DNA of 64,000 nt. Source: Nanobdellota archaeon. GTDB lineage: Archaea; Nanobdellota; Nanobdellia; Pacearchaeales; GW2011-AR1. Location of the stretch: contig DUKY01000013.1 in NCBI GenBank assembly GCA_013329055.1, positions 1,587-65,586 on the forward strand, in the 5' to 3' direction. Below are positions 15,984-24,798 of the stretch, piece after piece; the stretch's first letter is position 1, and each line of letters starts with the position of its first letter. The position numbers and the translations under genes were made by a program. The notes under the pieces were generated by a model, which ran no database searches, was not told the origin of the DNA, and was given only the letters and a program-made list of their open reading frames with translations.

Positions 15984-18900
15984 TTATTTATTAGCTTCTT
16001 CAACAATCTTTGACTTAGCCAATTTTTTATCTTTTTCTTCCTTAACTAAAGGACCAACCACCTTAACAAATAATCCAGGTAACCCTGCACCAATTGGAAC
16101 AGGCTGGTTCAAAATAATATTTTCAATAACACTAGTCAATTTATCTTGAGTACCCTTAATTGAAGCATTAACAAATTGTTTATCCGGAGTTTCAAAAGTT
16201 GCCCTCGCTAAAATTGAAGATTTCTGAGTAATAATACCCATACGAGTTACACCCTTAACAATACCATTATCAGTCATAGCATCAGCAATTAACTTTGAAT
16301 GCCTGTAATCAATATCTAAACCTTGAGAATTTAATACCTCAACAACTTCATTAATAATTAATTGTCTGGCAGCCTCAATACCGAAAACTTTTGCAACTTC
16401 ATAAAAATCATTAGAGATTAATCTATATTTGTCAACTTCCTTTAACTTTAACATCTCCTTTAAATTTGTACCAAGAGTAATAATAACAAAATCCTTGTTT
16501 CGTTTAACAATTAAAATTTGTTTAACACCCTTAACACCAGAAATAATAGTTGCTTTAAGCTTCTCTTTTAATTTATAAATTTCCCTAAAACTATATTCAG
16601 AAGCATTCAAAGTAATTGAATCAGCTTGTTCATTAACATTAAATCCAAGATCATTTAATCTTTCAACAACTTTCTTAATAGTAGTATGAGTTTGTTTCAA
16701 TCCTTTTTTATCAATAACAATTTCAATTTTCTTGTTGCTAAAATCTAATTTAACTTCAGAAGAAATTTCTTTTAATGTAACTTCCTTGATTTTCTCAGCA
16801 AATACCCTTGCATTTCCTTCATTATTAAACTCTTTATCTAAATAAATTTCCATCTTCGGAGAAGAAGGAGTTTTTCTGGCATCAAAAATTTCAATAATTC
16901 TAGGTAAACCACTTGTAACCTGCATTTCAGCTACACCAGCCATATGGAAAGTGTTCAAAACCATCTGAGTTGAAGATTCACCAAATGACTGAGCAGTAAT
17001 AATACCAATAGCTTCACCCGGAGCAATTTGTCCGTCTTTATGAATTTGTGAAACATCTATACCATCATCGCCAAATTGGAATTGAATAATTCGATTATTA
17101 CTATCTCTTACAGTACCATCATATTCAACCCTTAAATCTTGTAAAGCATTAGCAAGTCTACGGTATAAATAACCAGACTTTGGAGTACGTAAAGCAGTAT
17201 CCATAAGTGAATCTCTACCAGTAATCGCACCAAAGAAAAATTCATCAGGTCTTAAACCTTTAATGAATGGACTATTAATAAATCCTCTAGCCTTTGGAGA
17301 TAAATCTCCTTTCTCGAAAAATGATAATGTTCTTTCATTATAACCTAAATCAATTCTTCCGCCACGTAATACCTGCTGACCAACACAACTAGCCATCTGA
17401 GTAATATTCAAAATATTACCACCACCACCAGACTTAATCATATGATTAACAGCGTTAGTTTCAAGGAATTCTTTTTTAACTAATGAACCAACCTTTGTTC
17501 TTACTTCATTTAATATCTTCAAAATTTGAATCTCTCTTGATTCTTCCGCAGTTTTACCAGGAATAATTTCTAATTTACCAGCGTTATATAAATCTAAAGT
17601 TTCCTGAGTTTTTTCTTCAGCATCCTGAATAATTTTTTTACCGGCATCAACAACTCTCTTATCCAAATTTAAATCCTCAACAGAAAGTGTAATACCCCTA
17701 TTTGATAAATAATTTTTACCTAAATTGAAAGCTTTCTTAATAGTTTCAAAAGTCTCCATTCTTCCAACAGTTTTATCTAACTCTTTGATAAGTTCCCCGC
17801 TTCCACCGCCAAATGCAGTTTTATCAATAATACCGCCGGTAATTTCACCTTTCTTAATAGTAATAGAATCATTTACAAAATCAATTTTTGGTAAAATTTT
17901 CGAAAATAATTCTAAACCAGAGATAGATTTTTTAGTGCATTCAAAATCAACACCAGATTGGAATAAAAGTTGATTTGCATCTTCTTTTGAAAATTCATGT
18001 CTACCCAATAAATATCCACCGGTAATAGCATCAACTTCACAACCCATAAAATTAGTATTGTTCTTCGGAGAAATTAAATTTTGTTTAACATCCAATAACA
18101 CTTTTGCTTCAGCTCTCGCTTCTTCAGTTTGAGGAGAATGAATATTCATTTCATCACCATCATAATCCGCATTATAAGGAGAAGCAACAGCAGGATGCAT
18201 TCTGAATGTTTTGCCTGGAAGAATCTTAGCATAGTGTGCCATTAAACTTCCTTTATGCAAACTTGGATGTCGGTTAAATAATACAATATCACCGTCCTGT
18301 AAATGTCTTTCAACTTTATATCCGACACTAAGCTCATTCATAATTTCTTCTTTCAATTCTTCAGTAATTTTCTTTCTTTTTCCATCAGTTCTAATAATAT
18401 AATTTGCTCCCGGATATTTATCTGCAGTTTCAATTAATTTTTTTAATTTTTCTAAATTTAACTCAGTAACAGTCTCGGCAACAGTAACAATTTTAGCAAT
18501 TTGGAAAGGAATACCAACTTCATTAATTTCAATTGATGGATCAGGAGAAATAACTGTTCTTGCTGAATAATTTACCCTTTTACCAGCTAAGTTCTTTCTT
18601 AATCTTCCCTCTTTACCCTTAATTCTCTCAGTAATAGTTTTTAATGGTTGACCGCTTCTATGTCTTGCAGGAGGAATTCTTGCAACACTATTATCAAAGA
18701 AAGTAGTAATATGGAATTGCAATAAATCCCATAAATCTTCAATAATAACTTCAGGTGCACCAGCATTCAAATTCTCCCATAATCTTTGATTTGCACGAAT
18801 AATATCAGAAAGTTTATGAGTTAAATCATCCTCACTTCTTTCCCCCGATTCTAAAATAATACTCGGTCTAACAGTTACAGGCGGAACAAGCAACATAGTT

Positions 18901-19469
18901 AAAATTGCCCACTCAGGTCTACAAGTTCGAGGATTAACCCCAACTTTTCTTAATTCTTCATCAGTAATATTCACTAAAATTTCTCTAATCTCAGTCGGGA
19001 AAACTCTTGTTTTATCTCGATAAAAACTAGTAGGCTTATCTAACTTAATTTTAACCTGCTCATTTTGACAGTGAGGACATTTTTTGCAATCTTTAGCTTT
19101 TTTTGCCCTTTCAGCAGGAGAAAGTTTGGTTAAAAATTTATCATCAAGCATTAACTTTCCACAATCACTGCAAAAACATCTTAAGCATAATTCAATTAAC
19201 GGAACATATTTCAAATGAATAACAGCCCTTGCCAAATCAATACTTCCAGGATGACCTAAACATTCTTTTATTCTTCCACCGCAAGTTCTACACCTAACAC
19301 CGGGATCAATTGCACCAAGTTTTAAATCCATTAAACCACCATCTACTGGATATCCGTCGATATTATATAATTCAGGAGTAACAATTTTTGCTGATGAAAG
19401 TCTTTTAATTTGTTCAGGACTAAGTAAAGTAAAATTCAATGCTCCAATCTTTTTTCTTATCGGTTTCAT
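15984..19469 (-). CDS. rpoA: DNA-directed RNA polymerase subunit A, with A-prime and A-double-prime parts in one ORF
   Basis: 1161 aa with an N-terminal zinc motif (CRTCGG..C.GH), the catalytic NADYDGDEMN (aa 433-442), and the bridge helix/trigger loop AQSFGESSTQMVLNTFHMAGV (aa about 826-846) in the same frame. Confidence 0.9.
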   Translation of the reverse strand: MKPIRKKIGALNFTLLSPEQIKRLSSAKIVTPELYNIDGYPVDGGLMDLKLGAIDPGVRCRTCGGRIKECLGHPGSIDLARAVIHLKYVPLIELCLRCFCSDCGKLMLDDKFLTKLSPAERAKKAKDCKKCPHCQNEQVKIKLDKPTSFYRDKTRVFPTEIREILVNITDEELRKVGVNPRTCRPEWAILTMLLVPPVTVRPSIILESGERSEDDLTHKLSDIIRANQRLWENLNAGAPEVIIEDLWDLLQFHITTFFDNSVARIPPARHRSGQPLKTITERIKGKEGRLRKNLAGKRVNYSARTVISPDPSIEINEVGIPFQIAKIVTVAETVTELNLEKLKKLIETADKYPGANYIIRTDGKRKKITEELKEEIMNELSVGYKVERHLQDGDIVLFNRHPSLHKGSLMAHYAKILPGKTFRMHPAVASPYNADYDGDEMNIHSPQTEEARAEAKVLLDVKQNLISPKNNTNFMGCEVDAITGGYLLGRHEFSKEDANQLLFQSGVDFECTKKSISGLELFSKILPKIDFVNDSITIKKGEITGGIIDKTAFGGGSGELIKELDKTVGRMETFETIKKAFNLGKNYLSNRGITLSVEDLNLDKRVVDAGKKIIQDAEEKTQETLDLYNAGKLEIIPGKTAEESREIQILKILNEVRTKVGSLVKKEFLETNAVNHMIKSGGGGNILNITQMASCVGQQVLRGGRIDLGYNERTLSFFEKGDLSPKARGFINSPFIKGLRPDEFFFGAITGRDSLMDTALRTPKSGYLYRRLANALQDLRVEYDGTVRDSNNRIIQFQFGDDGIDVSQIHKDGQIAPGEAIGIITAQSFGESSTQMVLNTFHMAGVAEMQVTSGLPRIIEIFDARKTPSSPKMEIYLDKEFNNEGNARVFAEKIKEVTLKEISSEVKLDFSNKKIEIVIDKKGLKQTHTTIKKVVERLNDLGFNVNEQADSITLNASEYSFREIYKLKEKLKATIISGVKGVKQILIVKRNKDFVIITLGTNLKEMLKLKEVDKYRLISNDFYEVAKVFGIEAARQLIINEVVEVLNSQGLDIDYRHSKLIADAMTDNGIVKGVTRMGIITQKSSILARATFETPDKQFVNASIKGTQDKLTSVIENIILNQPVPIGAGLPGLFVKVVGPLVKEEKDKKLAKSKIVEEANK

Positions 19470-19471
19470 TT

Positions 19472-19618
19472 TTATTTTTTTAATCCTCCATATTTTTCAA
19501 TAGTATGTTTGATTTCTTTACCAACATAATTTCCATTTAAAGATGTTTCTTCTTTGATAACTTCAAAATCTTTAACTCTCCCTGATTCATCTTTTATTTG
19601 TTTTATTAGATTATTCAT
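19472..19618 (-). CDS. 48-codon ORF between rpoB and rpoA (hypothetical small protein)
   Basis: Own translation: MNNLIKQIKDESGRVKDFEVIKEETSLNGNYVGKEIKHTIEKYGGLKK. The ATG lies 1 nt after the rpoB stop and the stop lies 2 nt before the rpoA ATG. It is below the ORF-track length cut-off. Confidence 0.4.
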   Translation of the reverse strand: MNNLIKQIKDESGRVKDFEVIKEETSLNGNYVGKEIKHTIEKYGGLKK

Positions 19619-19619
19619 T

Positions 19620-22600
19620 TTATTCGTATTTATCCTTTAAATCAAAAGTTGTATGGATATGTAATCCTTGCAATTCTTCTAATAATAATTTAAATGCATA
19701 TGAAACTTCAATATTTTCAACTTCTTCACTATGGCATACTGGGCAAAACACTTTATCTCGAATAGTATCATCAATTGCAATAGCACCGCATTGTGAACAA
19801 ATCGGTAATACAACCTTATCTGAGTCATATCTTTCCTTTAATAATAATGATGCACCATGAGCTACTAAAGCTTGTTGCTCCATTTCACCTAATCTTAACG
19901 CACCCCCACGACTTCTACCTTCAATTGGTTGTCTGGTTAATAATGCAACTTTACCTGAAGCTCTTCCGTGAAGTTTATTTGCAACCATATACTTTAATTT
20001 AAGGTAATATAAGCAACCAACAAAGATTTTTGAAACCATTCTTTTACCGGTAACACCACTATACATTGTTTCTTTACCATCAAATCTAAATCCTAATTCC
20101 TTCATTTGATCTTCTAATTCTTTTTTACTTTCACCTGAAAAAGCAGTACCATCGACAACTTCTCCACGTAAACATCCAACTTTTCCGCCAAGTAATTCTA
20201 ATAAATATCCAACAGTCATACGGCTTGGAAGACCATGAGGGTTAAACAATACATCAGGTTTAAGACCTTTTGATGTGAATGGAACATCTTCTTCAGAGAT
20301 AATTCTACCCATAACACCTTTCTGACCATGAGATGTCGCAAATTTATCTCCAGGTTCAGGAATTCTTTGATCTCTTGTTTTAACTTGAACAATTTTATTT
20401 CCTTCAGAATCTTCAGTAATAAATACAGCTTCAACAGTACCTTTTTCTTCTTGTCTCATTGTAACACTTGATTCTTTTTTAGTCTTCACAGAAATTTCTC
20501 TTGCTTCTGATAAGAATTTCGGAGGAGACATTTTACCGATTAATACTTCACCTTCATCAACTTCTGCTTCAGGATAAACAATACCATCATCATCTAAGAA
20601 TCTGTAACTTGATTCCATTTTATACCCTGTAGCTTCTTTTTCAGGAATAGCAATTTCATCTTTTAATCCACCAGCATAATTCATTTCAATTGCTGAATAA
20701 GGTCTAAAGTAAAAACTTCTACCAACACCACGATCAAGACTACCTTTGTTAAATACTAAAGCATCTTCCATATTATAACCTTCATAAGTCATAATAGCAA
20801 CAACTAAGTTTTGACCTGCAGGATATGTTTGTAAAGTATCATAAACAAAACTTCTAACAATTGGCTTTTGAGGATATTGCAAAATACTTACATCAGTATC
20901 TAATCTGCATAAATAATTTGCAGCATATAATCCTAATGACTGTTTTTGGGTTTTACTTCCTCTGTTTAAACGTGAACTCTGATCATGATTTCCATAAGTT
21001 ACTAAACTTGTAACAACACCGAATAAATCCATAGAATCAATTTCTAAATGTGTATGTTTAGGGGTTAATTCTTCAGGATACAAAGCAACCAAAGCATTTT
21101 CTTCTTCAGAAGCATCTAAATATTCAATAATTTCATTTTTGATTAAATCCTTCCATGTTAATTCTCCTTGTTCTAACTTAATCATATATTCATTCTTTAA
21201 TCTTGAAATACCTTTATCAGCAATAATTAAAGGTCTTAAAACCCTTCCACCTTCAGTAGAAATTATAACTGACTTGAATCCTTCATCATTTCTAATGCAC
21301 ATTTCAAGAGGAAATTCTCCGCCTCTTCTTTTTTCTTTAACAGAATTAACAAATTCCCAGGCATTTTTTACTGAACCGATAAAAATTCCATTAAAGAAAA
21401 CATCAATTGCATCATTACCATCTTTAATTAATCCCAATGAAACTAAATCTTTCACAAATCTATCTTCATCAAAATTAACTTTTGTTGAAACTCTGCTTAA
21501 AATTGCTAAATTTTTTCTTAAACCAATTTCAGTACCTTCAGGAGTTTCAATAGGACAGAATCTACCATAATGAGTTGGATGCAATGTTCTTGCCATGAAA
21601 TTTTCTTGGTCACTTGGAAGCATACTTGCAACTCTTTGTAATTGCGAGATTGTAGCTAAATAATTAGTCTTATCCATATTTTGGGTAATACCACTTCGCT
21701 CACCAGTCCAACTACCAGTAGCAATTGCCGATTCAACTCTATGAGAAAATAAAGTTGATTTTGCTATAATTCTAATTGAGAAAAATTTTCTTCTCTTTGA
21801 AGTTTTTTGCAATGAATATTGAATATCTCTAATTAATATACCTAAATTTACCCTAAATAAAGTATTTAATAAATCTCCTGAAAGTCTTACCCTTTTATTA
21901 GCATAATGATCTTTATCTGTTCTTAATTCAGAAACTTCTTTAGCCCTTAAAAATTGTTTAACTAATTTACATAATGTAATAGCTTTTTTCAATCGGTCTT
22001 CTTTTTTATTACCAATATGAGGAAATAAAAATGAGTCAACTCTTTGTTTTACTCTGTCAAGAATTTCTTTTTTTGTACCTTGTAATTTTGCAAGTTCAGC
22101 GATATACATCATTGCATCTTCTTTTGTAGCCAAATTAACAAATTCATATAAGTTAACAATAACACTATCTGTTTCTTTCCCGATATATTGAGCTATATCA
22201 GATTCTTTTGTCAAACCTAAAGCTTTCAAAATTACAATAATTGGGATATCTTTAAATCGGCTAAAAGTTGCATTAAAAATTCCTTCATTACTTTCAGTAA
22301 TAGACATTGGGATTCTATAAGTTCCTTTTAATGAGAAAATTTTCAAAACTAAATTTCCTTTATTATCAAGTTCAATAAAAGGTTGATTTTCAGCCAAATC
22401 TTCAGCCATAACCATAACTCTTTCATTACCTTTAATTAAAAAATAACCACCAGCATCTAAAGGATCAATATTTCTTTTAATTAATTCTTCTCGAGACATT
22501 CCGGAAGTATTACAAACTTTACTTTTAATCATAACAGGAATTTTTCCAATTTCAACAACTTCTGAATCTACTTGTCCATCTTTTTTGACAGTAATTTCTA

Positions 22601-22874
22601 AAGAAACAGGAGCAGCATAAGTTAAATTTCTTAATCTTGCTTCAGTAGGGGTGATTAAAGAAGAACTACCATCAGCTTCGACAATCACAGGTTTTCCTAC
22701 TTCAATTCTTCCTAAATTAATTTCAAATTCTTCATTATCAATCCCTGCAGAAATTTCATCAACAATTTCTTGCATGCCTGTGTCAATAAACCTATTAAAA
22801 GAAGTTATATTTGATTCAACTAATGAATGTCCTTTCAAATATTCTTTTACAATTAAATGTTTATTGTCTTTCAT
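19620..22874 (-). CDS. rpoB: DNA-directed RNA polymerase subunit B (unsplit)
   Basis: 1084 aa with conserved RpoB blocks (..GRFCPIETPEG.., ..SHGQKGV.., ..GEMEQQALVAHGA..) and a C-terminal zinc ribbon CSQCG..CPVC. Confidence 0.95.
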   Translation of the reverse strand: MKDNKHLIVKEYLKGHSLVESNITSFNRFIDTGMQEIVDEISAGIDNEEFEINLGRIEVGKPVIVEADGSSSLITPTEARLRNLTYAAPVSLEITVKKDGQVDSEVVEIGKIPVMIKSKVCNTSGMSREELIKRNIDPLDAGGYFLIKGNERVMVMAEDLAENQPFIELDNKGNLVLKIFSLKGTYRIPMSITESNEGIFNATFSRFKDIPIIVILKALGLTKESDIAQYIGKETDSVIVNLYEFVNLATKEDAMMYIAELAKLQGTKKEILDRVKQRVDSFLFPHIGNKKEDRLKKAITLCKLVKQFLRAKEVSELRTDKDHYANKRVRLSGDLLNTLFRVNLGILIRDIQYSLQKTSKRRKFFSIRIIAKSTLFSHRVESAIATGSWTGERSGITQNMDKTNYLATISQLQRVASMLPSDQENFMARTLHPTHYGRFCPIETPEGTEIGLRKNLAILSRVSTKVNFDEDRFVKDLVSLGLIKDGNDAIDVFFNGIFIGSVKNAWEFVNSVKEKRRGGEFPLEMCIRNDEGFKSVIISTEGGRVLRPLIIADKGISRLKNEYMIKLEQGELTWKDLIKNEIIEYLDASEEENALVALYPEELTPKHTHLEIDSMDLFGVVTSLVTYGNHDQSSRLNRGSKTQKQSLGLYAANYLCRLDTDVSILQYPQKPIVRSFVYDTLQTYPAGQNLVVAIMTYEGYNMEDALVFNKGSLDRGVGRSFYFRPYSAIEMNYAGGLKDEIAIPEKEATGYKMESSYRFLDDDGIVYPEAEVDEGEVLIGKMSPPKFLSEAREISVKTKKESSVTMRQEEKGTVEAVFITEDSEGNKIVQVKTRDQRIPEPGDKFATSHGQKGVMGRIISEEDVPFTSKGLKPDVLFNPHGLPSRMTVGYLLELLGGKVGCLRGEVVDGTAFSGESKKELEDQMKELGFRFDGKETMYSGVTGKRMVSKIFVGCLYYLKLKYMVANKLHGRASGKVALLTRQPIEGRSRGGALRLGEMEQQALVAHGASLLLKERYDSDKVVLPICSQCGAIAIDDTIRDKVFCPVCHSEEVENIEVSYAFKLLLEELQGLHIHTTFDLKDKYE

Positions 22875-22875
22875 T

Positions 22876-23082
22876 TTAAACTACAACTCTATAATAAATG
22901 TATAATTTACTATCCTCCTTTCGTTCAATTTTAATTATATTTCCAATTTGGCAACCTTCAGGTAATGCAACATCATCTAATAAAATTTTTGGTAATTGCG
23001 ACGGAGAAATATTTAAACTGTCTAGAAGTTCTTGTGCTTCTTTTTCACTTAATTTAGTATGTTTGGGTTGTAAAATATGCAT
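22876..23082 (-). CDS. rpoH: DNA-directed RNA polymerase subunit H (Rpo5)
   Basis: 68 aa: H.L.PKH..LS..E...LL....I...QLPKI..DD...P.....G...KI.R......YYRVV. It is the first gene of the rpoH-B-A order. Confidence 0.85.
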   Translation of the reverse strand: MHILQPKHTKLSEKEAQELLDSLNISPSQLPKILLDDVALPEGCQIGNIIKIERKEDSKLYIYYRVVV

Positions 23083-23318
23083 CGTGAAAGGGTCCCGAAT
23101 TTTATAAATTGTAAAGTAAAATCTAACTTAGATACGTTAATAACTTTACAATAATAAAAGTTATTAATTTTCCATTTAAAAACCTTTTGTTTTTGTCACT
23201 CACCAATTAAATATAAAGTTTTTGAAGCATTTTCAGTTATATTATCAAATTAGCCAAATTAGAAAATTAAATCTTTTATGAATAAATTTAAAAGTTATTA
23301 AAACAATTTTAAAATTAT

Positions 23319-23427
23319 GAACCTATAGCTCTGACTCAGCATCACGCTTGCATCAAGGGTTATAGGTCGGTTCGCGTAATACTTCGGTCTGGTTATTAAC
23401 CAGCCTTCGCGAATGGGTAAACAATAT
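23319..23427 (+). other. duplicated tRNA 5' end (13 nt) followed by a 96-nt relatively GC-rich structured segment
   Basis: gaacctatagctc at 23319-23331 is identical to tRNA positions 1-13 (23428-23440). The intervening sequence contains the hairpins ttcgcg..cgcgaa, ctggtt-att-aaccag and an acttcggt UUCG-type loop. A TATA-like tttaaaag lies about 32 nt upstream of 23319. Confidence 0.5.
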
Positions 23428-23553
23428 GAACCTATAGCTCAGTCTGGTTAGAGCGCCGGTCTTATATGAACTTAATCCATTTAGGATTATTTTATCTCAA
23501 TAGATACAGTCTAAGAGAGCCGGAGGCCCTGAGTCCAAATCTCAGTAGGTTCA
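23428..23553 (+). tRNA. tRNA-Ile (anticodon UAU) with a 51-nt intron at the canonical 37/38 position (23467-23517)
   Basis: Manual fold. Acceptor gaaccta/taggttc; D arm gctc-agtctggtta-gagc; anticodon stem ccggt/gccgg; loop c-t-TAT-a. A central 4-bp helix cuua/uaag flanked by 3-nt bulges (ua|u and ag|a) forms a bulge-helix-bulge. T arm ctgag-tccaaat-ctcag; discriminator a. No CCA is encoded. Confidence 0.8.
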
Positions 23554-23988
23554 TATATAATATTGCTTTGCAATATTATTTTACATTTAGAATTGGACAC
23601 TGAAAATTCAAAAAGATTTCCCTGAGGATAAATGACAACAAAACTTTTAATTCTAATCTGAAGCGAAAGCGAAGTTAAGTTTTGTGTCCCAAAGAATCTT
23701 TGATTCTTTGAGCTTCAATCTCAAACCTGAGTTGAAGCTGCCAAAAATTTCAAAGAAATTTTTTAGCACTCAGTAGGTTCATTTATAATATTGCTTTAGC
23801 AATATTATCAATTTCACTTAGAATTGGACCCTGAAAATTCAAAAAGATTTCCATGAGGACAAATAACAACAAAACTTTTAATTCTAATCTGAAGCGAAGG
23901 CGAAGTTAAGTTTTATGTCCCAAAGATTCTTTAGATTGCCAAAAATTTCAAAGAAATTTTTTAGCAGATATAATATTGCTTTTGCAAC
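23541..23988 (+). repeat. tandem duplication (228-nt period, 2 units plus a partial third) that starts inside the tRNA 3' end
   Basis: ctcagtaggttca (T-stem 3' strand, acceptor 3' strand and discriminator) occurs at 23541-23553 and again at 23769-23781. Each copy is followed by the hairpin taatattgc-ttt-gcaatatta and about 190 nt of near-identical hairpin-rich sequence. Copy 1 carries an extra agcttcaa..ttgaagct hairpin. A third tataatattgcttttgcaa starts near 23969. Confidence 0.85.
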
Positions 23989-24774
23989 TTACAAAATAAT
24001 AAAATCAACTCTAACTCTAATTTTATACGGAGCAATCTCCCCTGCCCTTTTCAAATTCAAAATTTTAATATCTTTTTTAGCTTTCTTTGCTTCATCTTTA
24101 ATTTTCTCAACAATTTTATCAATTTCTTCAACAAGAGTAAAATCATAATAAATAATCTTAGTCCCTTTTTTACTCAACATAAATGCTTCAGGCAAAAAAC
24201 TGTCTTTCAATCGAGGTCTAGGCATAACAATCGTCGAAAATTTCCTGCCTTCAAGATTTAATTTTTTTGCAACACGCTTAACATCCCCGGAAACAATTTC
24301 AACTTTATCCTTAACATTATTTAATTCAACATTAAGTTTAGCATATTTATTTGCAACACGATTAATTTCATTAGATACAACTTTTTTCACAGGAGAATTT
24401 TTTGCAATAACTATTGAAAAAGGACCAACCCCGGCAAACATAACAAAAACTTCTTCACCTTTTTTAATCATTGATGCAACCTCATTTCTTTCATGACTCA
24501 ATCGAGGAGAAAAATAAGTTTCATCAACATCAAATCTAAAAACACAGCCATTTTCACGATATAAAACCTCTTTAGTTTTTTCACCAGCCAAATGTTTAGT
24601 TTGCATTTTTCTTAATCTACCTTTAAAATTTCCTGATTTTTCTAAAACAGTTTTCACAACTTTATTATTCTCCATAATTTTTTGTGCAAATTTTTTTTTC
24701 TCGGAAAAAGTAATATCATCAGAGAAATTCACAATAGCAACACTGCCTAAAATATTATATGAACGAGGTTCCAT
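23989..24774 (-). CDS. trm5: tRNA (guanine37-N1)-methyltransferase Trm5/TYW2 family
   Basis: 261 aa with the Met-10-type class I methyltransferase core (VFVMFAGVGPFSIVIAK, SNEINRVA, IVMPRP). Confidence 0.65.
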   Translation of the reverse strand: MEPRSYNILGSVAIVNFSDDITFSEKKKFAQKIMENNKVVKTVLEKSGNFKGRLRKMQTKHLAGEKTKEVLYRENGCVFRFDVDETYFSPRLSHERNEVASMIKKGEEVFVMFAGVGPFSIVIAKNSPVKKVVSNEINRVANKYAKLNVELNNVKDKVEIVSGDVKRVAKKLNLEGRKFSTIVMPRPRLKDSFLPEAFMLSKKGTKIIYYDFTLVEEIDKIVEKIKDEAKKAKKDIKILNLKRAGEIAPYKIRVRVDFIIL

Positions 24775-24798
24775 AAAATAAATAATCTCAAAGATAAT

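Noticed and set aside
21139-21570. Antisense ORFs inside large genes (for example 21139..21570, 17725..17973, 41165..41584, 45315..45539, 29562..29933, 4641..5018, 2551..2796, 58730..59113, 60333..60682)
   Set aside because: Each lies entirely within, and opposite to, a confidently identified conserved gene. They have low-complexity translations, and their openness follows from the codon bias of the sense strand.
23332-23440. Non-canonical tRNA intron in the D arm (position 13/14), using the upstream copy of the 13-mer as exon 1
   Set aside because: No bulge-helix-bulge could be formed between the two junction regions. The downstream copy already gives a complete canonical tRNA.
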